A DNA stretch of 61,769 nucleotides, the filler included. It is 5 parts of 5 records of this genome, joined end to end, with 100 filler letters (N's around TTAATTAATTAA, not from the genome) between each part and the next. Parts side by side here need not be neighbours in the genome. Positions count along the whole stretch, not along the records: positions 19,968 to 35,446 come from SRR31147125_17685; 4 more parts are not named here. One strand, 5' to 3'. Positions 22,326 to 32,200 of this stretch are shown piece by piece. Each line of letters starts with the position of its first letter. Position 1 is the first letter of the stretch. The position numbers were made by a program, and so were the translations under genes. Below the pieces are notes generated by a model. That model did no database searches, was not told the origin of the DNA, and saw nothing but the letters and a program-made list of their open reading frames with translations.

Positions 22326-22414
22326 TGGCGGAGGAAAGGGGATTTGAACCCCTGCATCATTTCTGACCTACAAGCTTTCCAAGCCTGCCTCTTCAACCGC
22401 TTGAGTATTCCTCC
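22326..22414 (-). tRNA. tRNA-Ser(GGA)
   Basis: GGAGGAA...TTCCTCCGCCA acceptor stem, anticodon loop TTGGAAA, long variable arm, GTTCAAATC. Confidence 0.95.
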
Positions 22415-22417
22415 AAT

Positions 22418-22494
22418 TGGCGCACTCGACATGGATCGAACATGCGACCTCAATCTCCGGAGGATTGCGCTCTATCCAACTGAGCTACGAGTGC
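22418..22494 (-). tRNA. tRNA-Arg(CCG)
   Basis: GCACTCG...CGAGTGCGCCA acceptor stem, anticodon stem-loop CAATC-CTCCGGA-GATTG, GTTCGATC. Confidence 0.95.
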
Positions 22495-22551
22495 AACTCC
22501 TTATATATTTTAACATGTAATTCTATTTTTTAATCATATTTTGTTTATGAA

Positions 22552-22584
22552 TTTAAGGTTCTTTTAAGGCTAGTGTGTGATAAT
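22552..22584 (+). promoter_or_regulatory. OmpR/CiaR-type direct repeat plus extended -10 promoter element
   Basis: TTTAAG-GTTCT-TTTAAG, then exactly 10 nt, then GATAAT preceded by TG-n. Confidence 0.65.
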
Positions 22585-22666
22585 ATATCATACTTATGTG
22601 AAGTGCTATATTAAACTTGTTTTTACATAAAGTTTACGTTTTAATAGAGCTATCATATACGAGGAG

Positions 22667-24391
22667 ATGATGTTTATGAAAAAAACACTTTTAATATTTA
22701 CAATTTTACTAACACTATTTATTCTAACTTCTTGCTCACTATCATTGTTTAATGATGAAGAGGCTGAAGACACTTCTTCTAACTTAGAAGAAAATCTTAA
22801 TGAAATCGATTTACCAAATTTGGATGACGAAGATGCTTTATTAGAAATTTCAGCAGTAGATGGAACAATTACTTTTTCTAATTCAACAATTACTTCAACA
22901 TCAAATGAAGTAATTATTAATGATGATGTCATTACAATTGATACAGAAGGTACCTATGAATTAACAGGGCAATCAACACAATCAACCATCTATGTTGAAG
23001 CATCAAGTGATGATACCATTACTTTTGTATTAAATGAACTTGATCTATCTTCATCAACTGGTCCAATATTTTATATAGAAAATGCCGATAAAGTTATTAT
23101 TAATGTTAAATCAGATACAACCAATACTTTAACAGATTTATCAGATAGTGAATATGACAAAGATTCTATCATTTATGCTAAAGATGATCTAACAATTAAT
23201 GGTACTGGTACATTAACCATAAATGCTGGATTACAAAAAGGCATTAAAGCAAACGATGACTTAGTCATCAATGGTACAACACTAAATATTACTTCTGAAG
23301 GTCATGCGATTAAGGCAAACAATTCAATTACCATATCTGATGTTGACTTAACCATTCACTCAAATAGTGATGGTATCCAAAGTGACAATGAAGATGATCC
23401 ATCAGAAAGTCTTATTTATTTAATGAGTGGTACTTATGAGATCTATGCTTATGGTGATGCATTAAGTTCAACTTATGATTTAACTATTTTTGATGGTACT
23501 TACACATTATATTCAGGTTATCAAAATAATAACACAAGTGATACCAGTGGTAAATCAATTAAAGCTGATCATGGCATCTACTTAATCAATGGTACATTTG
23601 ATATGACTTCAAGTGAAGATGCTATACATTCAGATGATGGCCTCATCATTTTCGATGGTATCTATACAATTTCTGCTGAAGATGATGGTATCCATGCAAA
23701 CCAATCACTTACTATTCAAGATGGTACTTTCTATATTAATGAAGCTTATGAAGGTCTTGAAGGAAAATATATTGACATTAGTGGTGGATTATTTTATATC
23801 GATGCATCAGATGATGGTATTAATGCATCCGATCCAGACATTAGTTCAACAGTTGCTGATGTCCCAAATGGAGGGACAGCAAGTGCTTCTACTTCTACTG
23901 CTGTGATGAACATTAGTGGTGGAACATTCTATATTACATCAGATGATGACTCGATTGATGCGAACGGAACCATCACAATTACAGGTGGCTCATTCTACAT
24001 TAATGGCCCAACAAGTGGTATGCAGTCACTTGTTGACTATGATATTGATTTTTACTTAGAAGGCTCAACTTTTGTTGGTGTCTCAGGTTATGGAAATGAA
24101 ACAAAATATCCATCAGATGAATCAACACAAGTAAGCATTACATATAACACTGGTTCTACACAAGCAAGTGGTTCAACCATTGAATTATTAGATGAAGATA
24201 ACAATGTCATCTTAACATTTACAACATCTAAAACATATCAAGTGATCTTTTTAACATCACCTGATTTAGAACAAGATGCAACTTATACATTAAAGATAAA
24301 CACTATGATAGAAGATACGTTTACATTAGATGACATCACAAACACATTTAATGTAAGCAGTTCTTCAACAAATACACCACCAAGAAGATAG
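22667..24391 (+). CDS. DUF4353 / Cthe_2159-type beta-helix carbohydrate-binding lipoprotein, extremely acidic
   Basis: Lipobox ILTSC, KDDLTINGTGTLTI, DAIHSD, DDGIHA, YEGLEG, ASDDGINA, DSIDANG repeats. Confidence 0.85.
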   Translation: MMFMKKTLLIFTILLTLFILTSCSLSLFNDEEAEDTSSNLEENLNEIDLPNLDDEDALLEISAVDGTITFSNSTITSTSNEVIINDDVITIDTEGTYELTGQSTQSTIYVEASSDDTITFVLNELDLSSSTGPIFYIENADKVIINVKSDTTNTLTDLSDSEYDKDSIIYAKDDLTINGTGTLTINAGLQKGIKANDDLVINGTTLNITSEGHAIKANNSITISDVDLTIHSNSDGIQSDNEDDPSESLIYLMSGTYEIYAYGDALSSTYDLTIFDGTYTLYSGYQNNNTSDTSGKSIKADHGIYLINGTFDMTSSEDAIHSDDGLIIFDGIYTISAEDDGIHANQSLTIQDGTFYINEAYEGLEGKYIDISGGLFYIDASDDGINASDPDISSTVADVPNGGTASASTSTAVMNISGGTFYITSDDDSIDANGTITITGGSFYINGPTSGMQSLVDYDIDFYLEGSTFVGVSGYGNETKYPSDESTQVSITYNTGSTQASGSTIELLDEDNNVILTFTTSKTYQVIFLTSPDLEQDATYTLKINTMIEDTFTLDDITNTFNVSSSSTNTPPRR

Positions 24392-24402
24392 GAGTTGATC
24401 AT

Positions 24403-25146
24403 ATGCAACAACGGACATTTGATCGCATTGAAAAAAAATTCTTACTCACACAAACACAAAAAGAGTTTTTGGTAGAAGAAATCCAAAAACATCTTACATA
24501 TGATCCAAACATTGTAAAGGGTAAACCTTATCATATCTATAATTTATATTATGACACAACTGACTTTCAATTTATTAGACGCTCGCTTAACAAGCCCGCA
24601 TATAAAGATAAAATAAGACTTAGAACTTATCATTATCCATTAACTGATCATGATGCTGTATTCTTAGAAATTAAAAAGAAATACCAAGGAAGAATAAATA
24701 AGCGACGTATTGTCATGACTTATAAAGAATTTAAAGATTACTTAAACCATCAATATCAACCCGATGAACATGATTATCTTAATCAACAAATATATGAAGA
24801 AATTAATTACTTACTCACAAAAGATGCGCTTAAACCTAAAGCATATATTGCTTATGAAAGACTTGCTTTTCACAATGAATCAGATAGTCTAAGAGTTACA
24901 TTTGATCATAACATTAGATTTAGAACAGAGCAAGTTGAACTAGAAGATATGGATACACATCAAATATTAGAATCGGAATCAGAATGGCTGATGGAAATAA
25001 AAAGTACTCAAAACTTTCCATTCTGGCTTGTGCAACTTCTATCAGAACATCGTATATTTTCTAAAAGTTTCTCAAAATATGGCAAAGCCTATGAACAATT
25101 TATAACTGGAGGTTATTATGAAAACAAATTTATCCCTCATACTTGA
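24403..25146 (+). CDS. VTC-domain (polyphosphate polymerase-like, CYTH/TTM) protein
   Basis: RIEKKF, IYNLYYDT, KIRLRTY, FLEIKKK, KRR, LRVTFD, MEIK, SFSKY. Confidence 0.9.
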   Translation: MQQRTFDRIEKKFLLTQTQKEFLVEEIQKHLTYDPNIVKGKPYHIYNLYYDTTDFQFIRRSLNKPAYKDKIRLRTYHYPLTDHDAVFLEIKKKYQGRINKRRIVMTYKEFKDYLNHQYQPDEHDYLNQQIYEEINYLLTKDALKPKAYIAYERLAFHNESDSLRVTFDHNIRFRTEQVELEDMDTHQILESESEWLMEIKSTQNFPFWLVQLLSEHRIFSKSFSKYGKAYEQFITGGYYENKFIPHT

Positions 25147-25810
25147 TATGGAAACACTATCCGTATCTAATTTACTCATCATTCTTATCATATCAACATT
25201 GCTTGGTATGGCATTAAGTGGCATATTCTTATTTACGCATCGTAAAGAAGTTTATGACAAATCTTTTCCCGCAACGTTGCTACTGCTACCTTTGGTGATT
25301 GCAATCATCATAGCGTTAGTTTCAGATAATTTAGCAAGAGCTTTTAGTTTAGCTGGTGTATTTACACTTGTTAGATTTAGAACTGCCATTGCAGACTCAA
25401 GAGATATCACATATATTCTAGCTTCAGTCGCTATCGGTTTATCAACTGCCTTAGGTTATATCCATTATGCCCTAATCATTACAACATTTATTTCCCTCGT
25501 ATTTGTTTGTATGAATTTATTATCCGGATACCAAGTTGCAGAACCACAAGCGAAGCTAAAAATACTCGTCCCTGAAAACATGCAATATACGCATGCCTTT
25601 GATGATATCTTTGAAAAGAATTTAAAGAACTATAAACTCCAAAAAGTTAAAACAACCGATTTTGGTACAATGTTTGAACTTACTTATTTCATTAAAATGA
25701 ATAAGCAATTCAATCAAAAAGAGTTTTTAGATGATTTAAGAGTTAGAAATGGTAATTTAAATATTAGTCTATCAAGTGATTTTGCATCTCTAATAGAAGA
25801 AAACAGTTAA
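25118..25810 (+). CDS. DUF4956 membrane protein
   Basis: NLARAFSLAGVFTLVRFRT, KVKTTDFGTMFELTY, LRVRNGNLNI. Confidence 0.9.
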   Translation: MKTNLSLILDMETLSVSNLLIILIISTLLGMALSGIFLFTHRKEVYDKSFPATLLLLPLVIAIIIALVSDNLARAFSLAGVFTLVRFRTAIADSRDITYILASVAIGLSTALGYIHYALIITTFISLVFVCMNLLSGYQVAEPQAKLKILVPENMQYTHAFDDIFEKNLKNYKLQKVKTTDFGTMFELTYFIKMNKQFNQKEFLDDLRVRNGNLNISLSSDFASLIEENS

Positions 25811-25836
25811 GCATTTATTTGCTTAACTGTTTTTCT
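25798..25836. terminator. Bidirectional terminator between DUF4956 and gpx
   Basis: AAAACAGTTAAGC-8nt-GCTTAACTGTTTT between convergent stops. Confidence 0.8.
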
Positions 25837-26354
25837 TTATAATATTTCTTCAATATATGGTATTAATAAATCTGGTTTAAATCCTGGTGAAAATCTAGCA
25901 ACAACTTCACCATTTTTGTTAACTAAGAATTTTGTAAAATTCCATTTAATTTTGTCCCAAATATCAATTTATTCAATAACCCTTGCTGTTTTGATGGACT
26001 TGAATATTCAAGCGGTGCTGCTTTTTTTAAATATTTATAAAGTGGCGCTGCTTCTTTACCATTGACTTTGATTTTTGAAAACTGTGGGAAAGTTGTTTGA
26101 TAATTAAGTTCACAAAACTTCTTTATCCCTTTTTCATCTTCTGGTGCTTGATTCATAAATTGGTTACAAGGAAAATCAAGAATAACAAACCCTTTATCTT
26201 TATATGTATCATATAATTTTTGAAGTGGCTCGTATTGTGGTGTTAAACCACAGTGTGTTGCACTGTTAATCACTAAAACTGTTTTTCCTTTATAATCGCT
26301 TAAGCTAACAGCATTGCCTTCAATATCTAATACTTTAAAATCATATATGTTCAT
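25837..26354 (-). CDS. gpx: Glutathione peroxidase family (Cys-type); frameshift near 25957
   Basis: NSATHCGLTPQY, DFPCNQF; restoring one G gives IKWNFTKFLV to a stop at 25837; SD GAGGTG before ATG 26354. Confidence 0.9.
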
Positions 26355-26428
26355 ATGAATCACCTCTTTACTATATATTAACATAAAGCACGGTTCACGT
26401 GATAGAATATGGTAAAGAGGTGTTATAT

Positions 26429-27916
26429 ATGAAACTTTGGACAAATGGATTTTTTCATACTTTAGAGGATGAACATAAGGTTTATACTGATATTGTCACA
26501 AATCATGGTCACATTATTTCGTTTGATCCCCATGACTTTAATCACTTCGATGAAATCATTGATTTAGAAGGTGCACATGTTTATCCTGGATTTGTTGATG
26601 CCCATCTTCACATACTTGGTTATGGTGAAAAACTAAGTCAAATTAGTCTATCACACTGCAAGTATAAAAAAGATGTACTAAAACTTATCAAGGAGAAATT
26701 AGATGAAGGTTATATGACTTTTTATGGATTATCCATAGAGACGATTACGCTGCATGATCTCAATTCAATATCTTTAAATAAACCGATTATTATTAAATAT
26801 CATGACTACCACTCCTACATAGTCAATGATGTCGTTTTAAAGCGTGCTAACTTATCTAGTCAAAATGGATTATTAGAACTTGAAGATATGATTAAAGTTA
26901 ATCGTCTATTTTTATCTTATGATAAACATGATTTAACTGAACTTATCAATCGTGCGGTGACATCACTTTATCAATACGGTATTACAGGGGGACACTCTGA
27001 TGATCTTCATTATTTTAATGGATATTTTGAGACATTAGATGCTTTTAAAGATAGTCTTTTAACACATCCGTTTAGAACCCATTTACTCATTCACTATTTA
27101 GAACTCGATGCACATATTGCATCTAAAAATCCTTTTTTAGATATCAATAAATATTTGCAATTGGGTGCGGTTAAAGTATTTTTCGATGGAACCATAGGAT
27201 CTCAAACTGCCTATTTATATCACCCATATAAAGAAAGCGTTTCATGTGGAAGACTTGAAATGGACAAAGATAGTTTTATAGATATTGTTAAAAAAGTACG
27301 TGCGCTAAATATGAGTTTAGCTATTCATGTCATCGGTGATCAAGCGCTCGATCAACTCATCGAAATCTTACAATTATATCCGCCAAAAGAAGGATTACAT
27401 GATCGCATCATTCACGCTTCCTTAGTATCTCTTCATGCATTAAAAGCATTAAAAAATATGCCAGTCATCATTGATATTCAACCACAATTTATCCAAAGCG
27501 ACTTTCCAAATAGTTTTAATGTATTGAGTAAAAAACCTGAATACATCTATCCATTCAAATCATTTTTAGATCATAAAATCACCATATGCGGATCAAGTGA
27601 TGCACCTGTTGAAACACCAAATCCCATGCTTGGTATGTATCATGCTATCACAAGAAATGGTTTAAATAGTTTTGAAAACAATCATGATGAAAAACTTTCT
27701 CGTTTTGAAGCATTAAAACTCTATACGACTTATGCCAATATACCAACATATCACACACACAATCGAGGTTTCATTAAACGTGGTTATTTAGCTGATTTTA
27801 CTGTTTTTAATCATGATCTTTTATCTATTGATCTTCAGAAACTTAAAATTATAAGACCCATCATGACAATTATTGATGAAAAGATTGTCTATCAACAAAA
27901 AAGACTTCATGTGTGA
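26429..27916 (+). CDS. Amidohydrolase 3 family (YtcJ-like)
   Basis: PGFVDAHLH, KVFFDGTIGSQTA, IHVIGD, RIIHAS, GSSDAPV; SD GAGGTG before ATG 26429. Confidence 0.9.
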   Translation: MKLWTNGFFHTLEDEHKVYTDIVTNHGHIISFDPHDFNHFDEIIDLEGAHVYPGFVDAHLHILGYGEKLSQISLSHCKYKKDVLKLIKEKLDEGYMTFYGLSIETITLHDLNSISLNKPIIIKYHDYHSYIVNDVVLKRANLSSQNGLLELEDMIKVNRLFLSYDKHDLTELINRAVTSLYQYGITGGHSDDLHYFNGYFETLDAFKDSLLTHPFRTHLLIHYLELDAHIASKNPFLDINKYLQLGAVKVFFDGTIGSQTAYLYHPYKESVSCGRLEMDKDSFIDIVKKVRALNMSLAIHVIGDQALDQLIEILQLYPPKEGLHDRIIHASLVSLHALKALKNMPVIIDIQPQFIQSDFPNSFNVLSKKPEYIYPFKSFLDHKITICGSSDAPVETPNPMLGMYHAITRNGLNSFENNHDEKLSRFEALKLYTTYANIPTYHTHNRGFIKRGYLADFTVFNHDLLSIDLQKLKIIRPIMTIIDEKIVYQQKRLHV

Positions 27917-27928
27917 AGTCTTTTTTTT
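27897..27928. terminator. Bidirectional terminator ending the jetABC-pepC and amidohydrolase transcripts
   Basis: AAAAAAGACTTCA-TGTG-TGAAGTCTTTTTT. Confidence 0.85.
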
Positions 27929-27932
27929 ATGT

Positions 27933-29255
27933 TTATTTTGCAAGTGCACCCATTGGATCCCAAGGTTTTAACACTTTAGGTTCTTCTTCCCATGCAGCAC
28001 TTTCTTCTTTAGATAAATATTTTTTATTGACAACAGCTTGATACACATATTGATCAAACCAAGAGTCTGATGCTAAATAATATCCTTTATTTCCAGTTGT
28101 ATCTCCCCAACTGTTTTCTATTTTCCATCTAACTGGTTTATGATCATCTAAATGAACACCGGTAATTACCATGGCATGTGTCATCAGTGATTGTGCATAA
28201 TCAAGTTGATCAGCTTTTGACATATCAAAATTAAGTCCTAATAAGTCAAAGTCATAGGCACCATCATCCCAAACACCTTTTTTACGATCACCAAATCGAC
28301 CAACATCTGAACCAAACCATACAACTTCACCGTCTTGTAATTGCTTAATGACAAGTGCTTTTAAGCGTGACATTTCTAAATTGATATATTTAATATCATG
28401 CCCACCAATCACATTGCCTAAATAAGCCACTGTATAAGTTTTCATAAATGGTTTATCTATAGTTGGTGAATTAATCACACTGACATAATCTTCAATTTTA
28501 TCACCATATATTTCTTGATAAAAAGCTTGTGGTGTTAAATCTTTAATGACATGATACTTATCTTTAGACACATATTCAAAATCGAATTTTTGTGGTGGTA
28601 TACCAAAACATGTCACTAAGAATGTATAAAAATCATCTAAATAATTTGCTTTTACACCAGCAATTTCATCAGCTTTACCTGCTTGATGTAGTTTTCTAAC
28701 AACTGCTGCATACTGACGTAGTTTAATATTTATTAAACGATTCATAAATCTTGTTGAACTTGAAGCCTTCGTTTCTTCCATGGCTTCTTTTGGGACAACA
28801 CCATATTTTTCAACAAGTGCAACAAACATATCCCATTGCCCACCATCTTGAATACCAGTTTGTAATAAATGTTTTAATGTGCGATCATCGCTATCAACAT
28901 CTAAAAAATCATCCATTGATTGTAAAAAATAATTAATCTTTTCAAATTTATCCCAAAAAGCTGTATAGTTTTGTGATAACTCAAATGATTTTAAATCATA
29001 TGTTTTAGCAACTTCTTCACGTATGACGTTAAGTCCGGCAAATATCCAACATCTACCACTTTGCTTTTGATTGGCAACAGGTAATGTTTTAATTTCATGA
29101 GAAAACTTAAATTGATTTACTTGATTTTTCTCATGAACTTCAAACGCCGTTGCTAAATCATTTTTATACAACACACGTCTTAATACTTTTTGTTCTACTT
29201 TTTTTTCGTAATTAGCATTCAAATGGCTAATTTTTTCAAATGATATATCTTTCAT
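27933..29255 (-). CDS. pepC: Aminopeptidase C / bleomycin hydrolase (peptidase C1B)
   Basis: NQKQSGRCWIFA (catalytic Cys), DGGQWDM, THAMVITG (His), IENSWG (Asn), WDPMGALA C-terminus. Confidence 0.96.
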   Translation of the reverse strand: MKDISFEKISHLNANYEKKVEQKVLRRVLYKNDLATAFEVHEKNQVNQFKFSHEIKTLPVANQKQSGRCWIFAGLNVIREEVAKTYDLKSFELSQNYTAFWDKFEKINYFLQSMDDFLDVDSDDRTLKHLLQTGIQDGGQWDMFVALVEKYGVVPKEAMEETKASSSTRFMNRLINIKLRQYAAVVRKLHQAGKADEIAGVKANYLDDFYTFLVTCFGIPPQKFDFEYVSKDKYHVIKDLTPQAFYQEIYGDKIEDYVSVINSPTIDKPFMKTYTVAYLGNVIGGHDIKYINLEMSRLKALVIKQLQDGEVVWFGSDVGRFGDRKKGVWDDGAYDFDLLGLNFDMSKADQLDYAQSLMTHAMVITGVHLDDHKPVRWKIENSWGDTTGNKGYYLASDSWFDQYVYQAVVNKKYLSKEESAAWEEEPKVLKPWDPMGALAK

Positions 29256-29263
29256 AGTGCCTC

Positions 29264-32200
29264 CTACAGTCCTAATACTCTTTCATCATTAAACGTTTCT
29301 ACTATCGCATAATCATTATCTTTGACCACAACAAGACTCGTATTCACATAATGAATAATATTTGAGACTCTTTGAGGCGGTACTGCAATAATGAGTTGAA
29401 TAGATAAACTGTTATAAAATTTCATCATTGCATCTATTCTTGATTCATCCATATTGTTAAATGCTTCATCAAATAAGACAATGCAACCTGCATCCATTCT
29501 TCTATTTTTAGAAAGTAATTGTTGGAATGATGCTGCAATCACGATATAAAATGGTACTTGCGTTTCTCCACCACTCTTTTCACGACTTACTTTTGAAAAT
29601 AGTGATTTATTACCATTTAAATTGGTAACCTCAATATCATAACTCATATAGTTTCTATAATCTAGAAATTTATATGTCAATTGATCATATTCAGGACTAT
29701 TTGATGCGATCTTTTCGAATAATTCTGATAATATAGTTTCTTTTCTCTTTGATAGACCTTCAGTAAATAATGTATGATTTTCAATTGCTTGATTGCTCAT
29801 GATAATATCATAGTATAATTTATAATCAGGATCTTCACTTGCTGTATAAATGAGTTGATATGCATCACTACCGAATGTTTTATCGGTTAAAGCATAATTA
29901 AGTTCAGCAATTTGTTGTTGCGCATTTTCAATACTTGCACGAAGTTTTCCAACAAACTCTTCTTTAAATCCTATTTCAGAATGCTTACGTAGGTCGATAG
30001 CTTCTTGCTCATATCTGACTAAATCATTGTTTCTAATTTTATTGGCTTCTTTTTCATACGTATCAAGACCATCTAAATTAGGCTCACCACTAAAATGATA
30101 ATCTAGATTGTATTGTTTCATATGACTTGATAACGTATATGTGGCACGATCAATTTGTGAATTAAGCGCTGTTGATGATTCTGATAGATAAGATGATACT
30201 TTATCATGATCACCATCATAACGTTGTTTAAGTGCATAAAACTGTGTATTTGCAATCGATAATTTTTCAGGATGCTTTTGACTGAGTTCTTTTTGAGCAA
30301 CCATAAATTGATCGAGTTTAGTTTGAATATCATCAACTAAATCCATAATACGTTGACGTTCATCACGTTGCGTTGTAATTTTACCAACTATAATATCTGA
30401 TTGACGTCTTAAATCTTTTCGATTATTTTTAGCTTTTTCAATTTGTATTTCTAATTGTTCTAAACTTTGATCTTTACCTAATGCAGCAACTTGATCTTCT
30501 ATTTGTGCATATTCTCTACGTGTTTGTTTAATTAAATCAAGATATCTAATTTGTCCTTGATGAACAAGTTGATTACTCTTTGATTGATTAAGCAAACGAA
30601 CAACTCTTGTTTGTTGATCAGTTAAATCATATAAATGATTGATTTGATCTTCAAGTTGTGCAAGAATCTTAGATTCACTTTCTAGTTGAATTTGTGTTGC
30701 TTGTTGACCTATAAATGGAGTTTCATAAATTTTAGGATTCATTTGTCTCGCAGTGTAGTTACTATAGGTCATGCCTGATGGTGTAATTGATCTACGATAT
30801 TTTTTTAAATCTTTGACATCATCTACACATGCAACACCATTAAGTAGCATATTCGCATATAATCTTGCGTAACGGTGCTCTGATGATACTTTTGATGATA
30901 ACATACCTTCTGTGATTTCATCATAACTATCAAGCTTATTTGTATTAACCAAACCTACACCATATATTTTTTGTTCAAACTTAACGCGATCATAAATTTC
31001 AAGTGCATCATTAAAGTATCTAGGATCAACGATAATGTTAAATCTTTGATTGCCTAAATATCCTTCTAATGCATTTCGCCATTTTTCATCAGCTACTTCA
31101 ATAAGTTCACATAAAGGTTGAACATTCACTTCTTTTTGATAATAATTTGATAGTTCATCATTTAAAGTACGCATAAGCTTTTCAACATAAAACGGATATG
31201 TCTTAACATGTCTTCTTAATTGATGTATGCGCCCTTTTGTTTGATTAATGGATGCTGATAATGCTTGTTTCTCTCTTTCAACTTTATCACGTTCTGTATG
31301 ATATGCTTGTAAAAGTGCAGAAACATCACTGCTTAGCGTTTCTAAATGCATTGATAATTCATCAGCTTCAAGTTTATCGCTATATGTTTGATAATAATTA
31401 ACAAATGCTTTTACTGATTGATTCGGCACATATGTTAATAATGATTTCATGGTAGAAAATTCTTTTTCCAGTGTTTGTCTTAACTGTTGCAACACTTCTT
31501 TTTGTTGATCAAATTCTGCACCTTTTTTACGAAGTGCTTCTTGATATTGCTGAAGCGTTCTCGATAAATCACTATCATTTTTTGCACGTTCTAAATTCAA
31601 AATTGCTTGATCATTTTCATCTATTTGTACATCTATTTGTGATTTCGCTTCTCGTAAATAATCAAGTTGCTTACCAATATTTACAAGTTTAGCTTCGTTA
31701 TCTTTAATGTATGCTTCTCTTTTTTCAATCCAATTTAATTGATCGACTAATTGATTGATATCTCTTTGATCTTTATTAAGTATAATATCTTCACCAAGTT
31801 GATTAATTTGATCTAGTTTTTCTAGTTTTTCTTTATCAAACTGGATTTGTGCTTCTACTTTTTTAAGTTGAGCAACATTGTTTTTAAGTGATTGAATATC
31901 AATAGGATTATCATCAAGTAAAAAATCAAATACAAACTGTTGTAAATCAATTGATTTAAATGCTAAAGCTTTTGGTAGTATTTTTGCATATTTAGTTGCG
32001 TCCATACCAAAAAATCTAGCAAGTGCTGATTTATACTTTCTTTGAGAGTCAAACGGTGATAAATCCATATCAAGAGTTTTTAAATATGCTTTCATTGATT
32101 TATAATCTCTTGGATATTTTTTATCTAAAAATAATGAATCATGTATAGACACATTATCAAGTAAATAAAATCTTTCTTTTAAATTACCACTTTTTGGAAG

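Noticed and set aside
25837-26354. Selenocysteine glutathione peroxidase
   Set aside because: The active-site codon is TGT (Cys)
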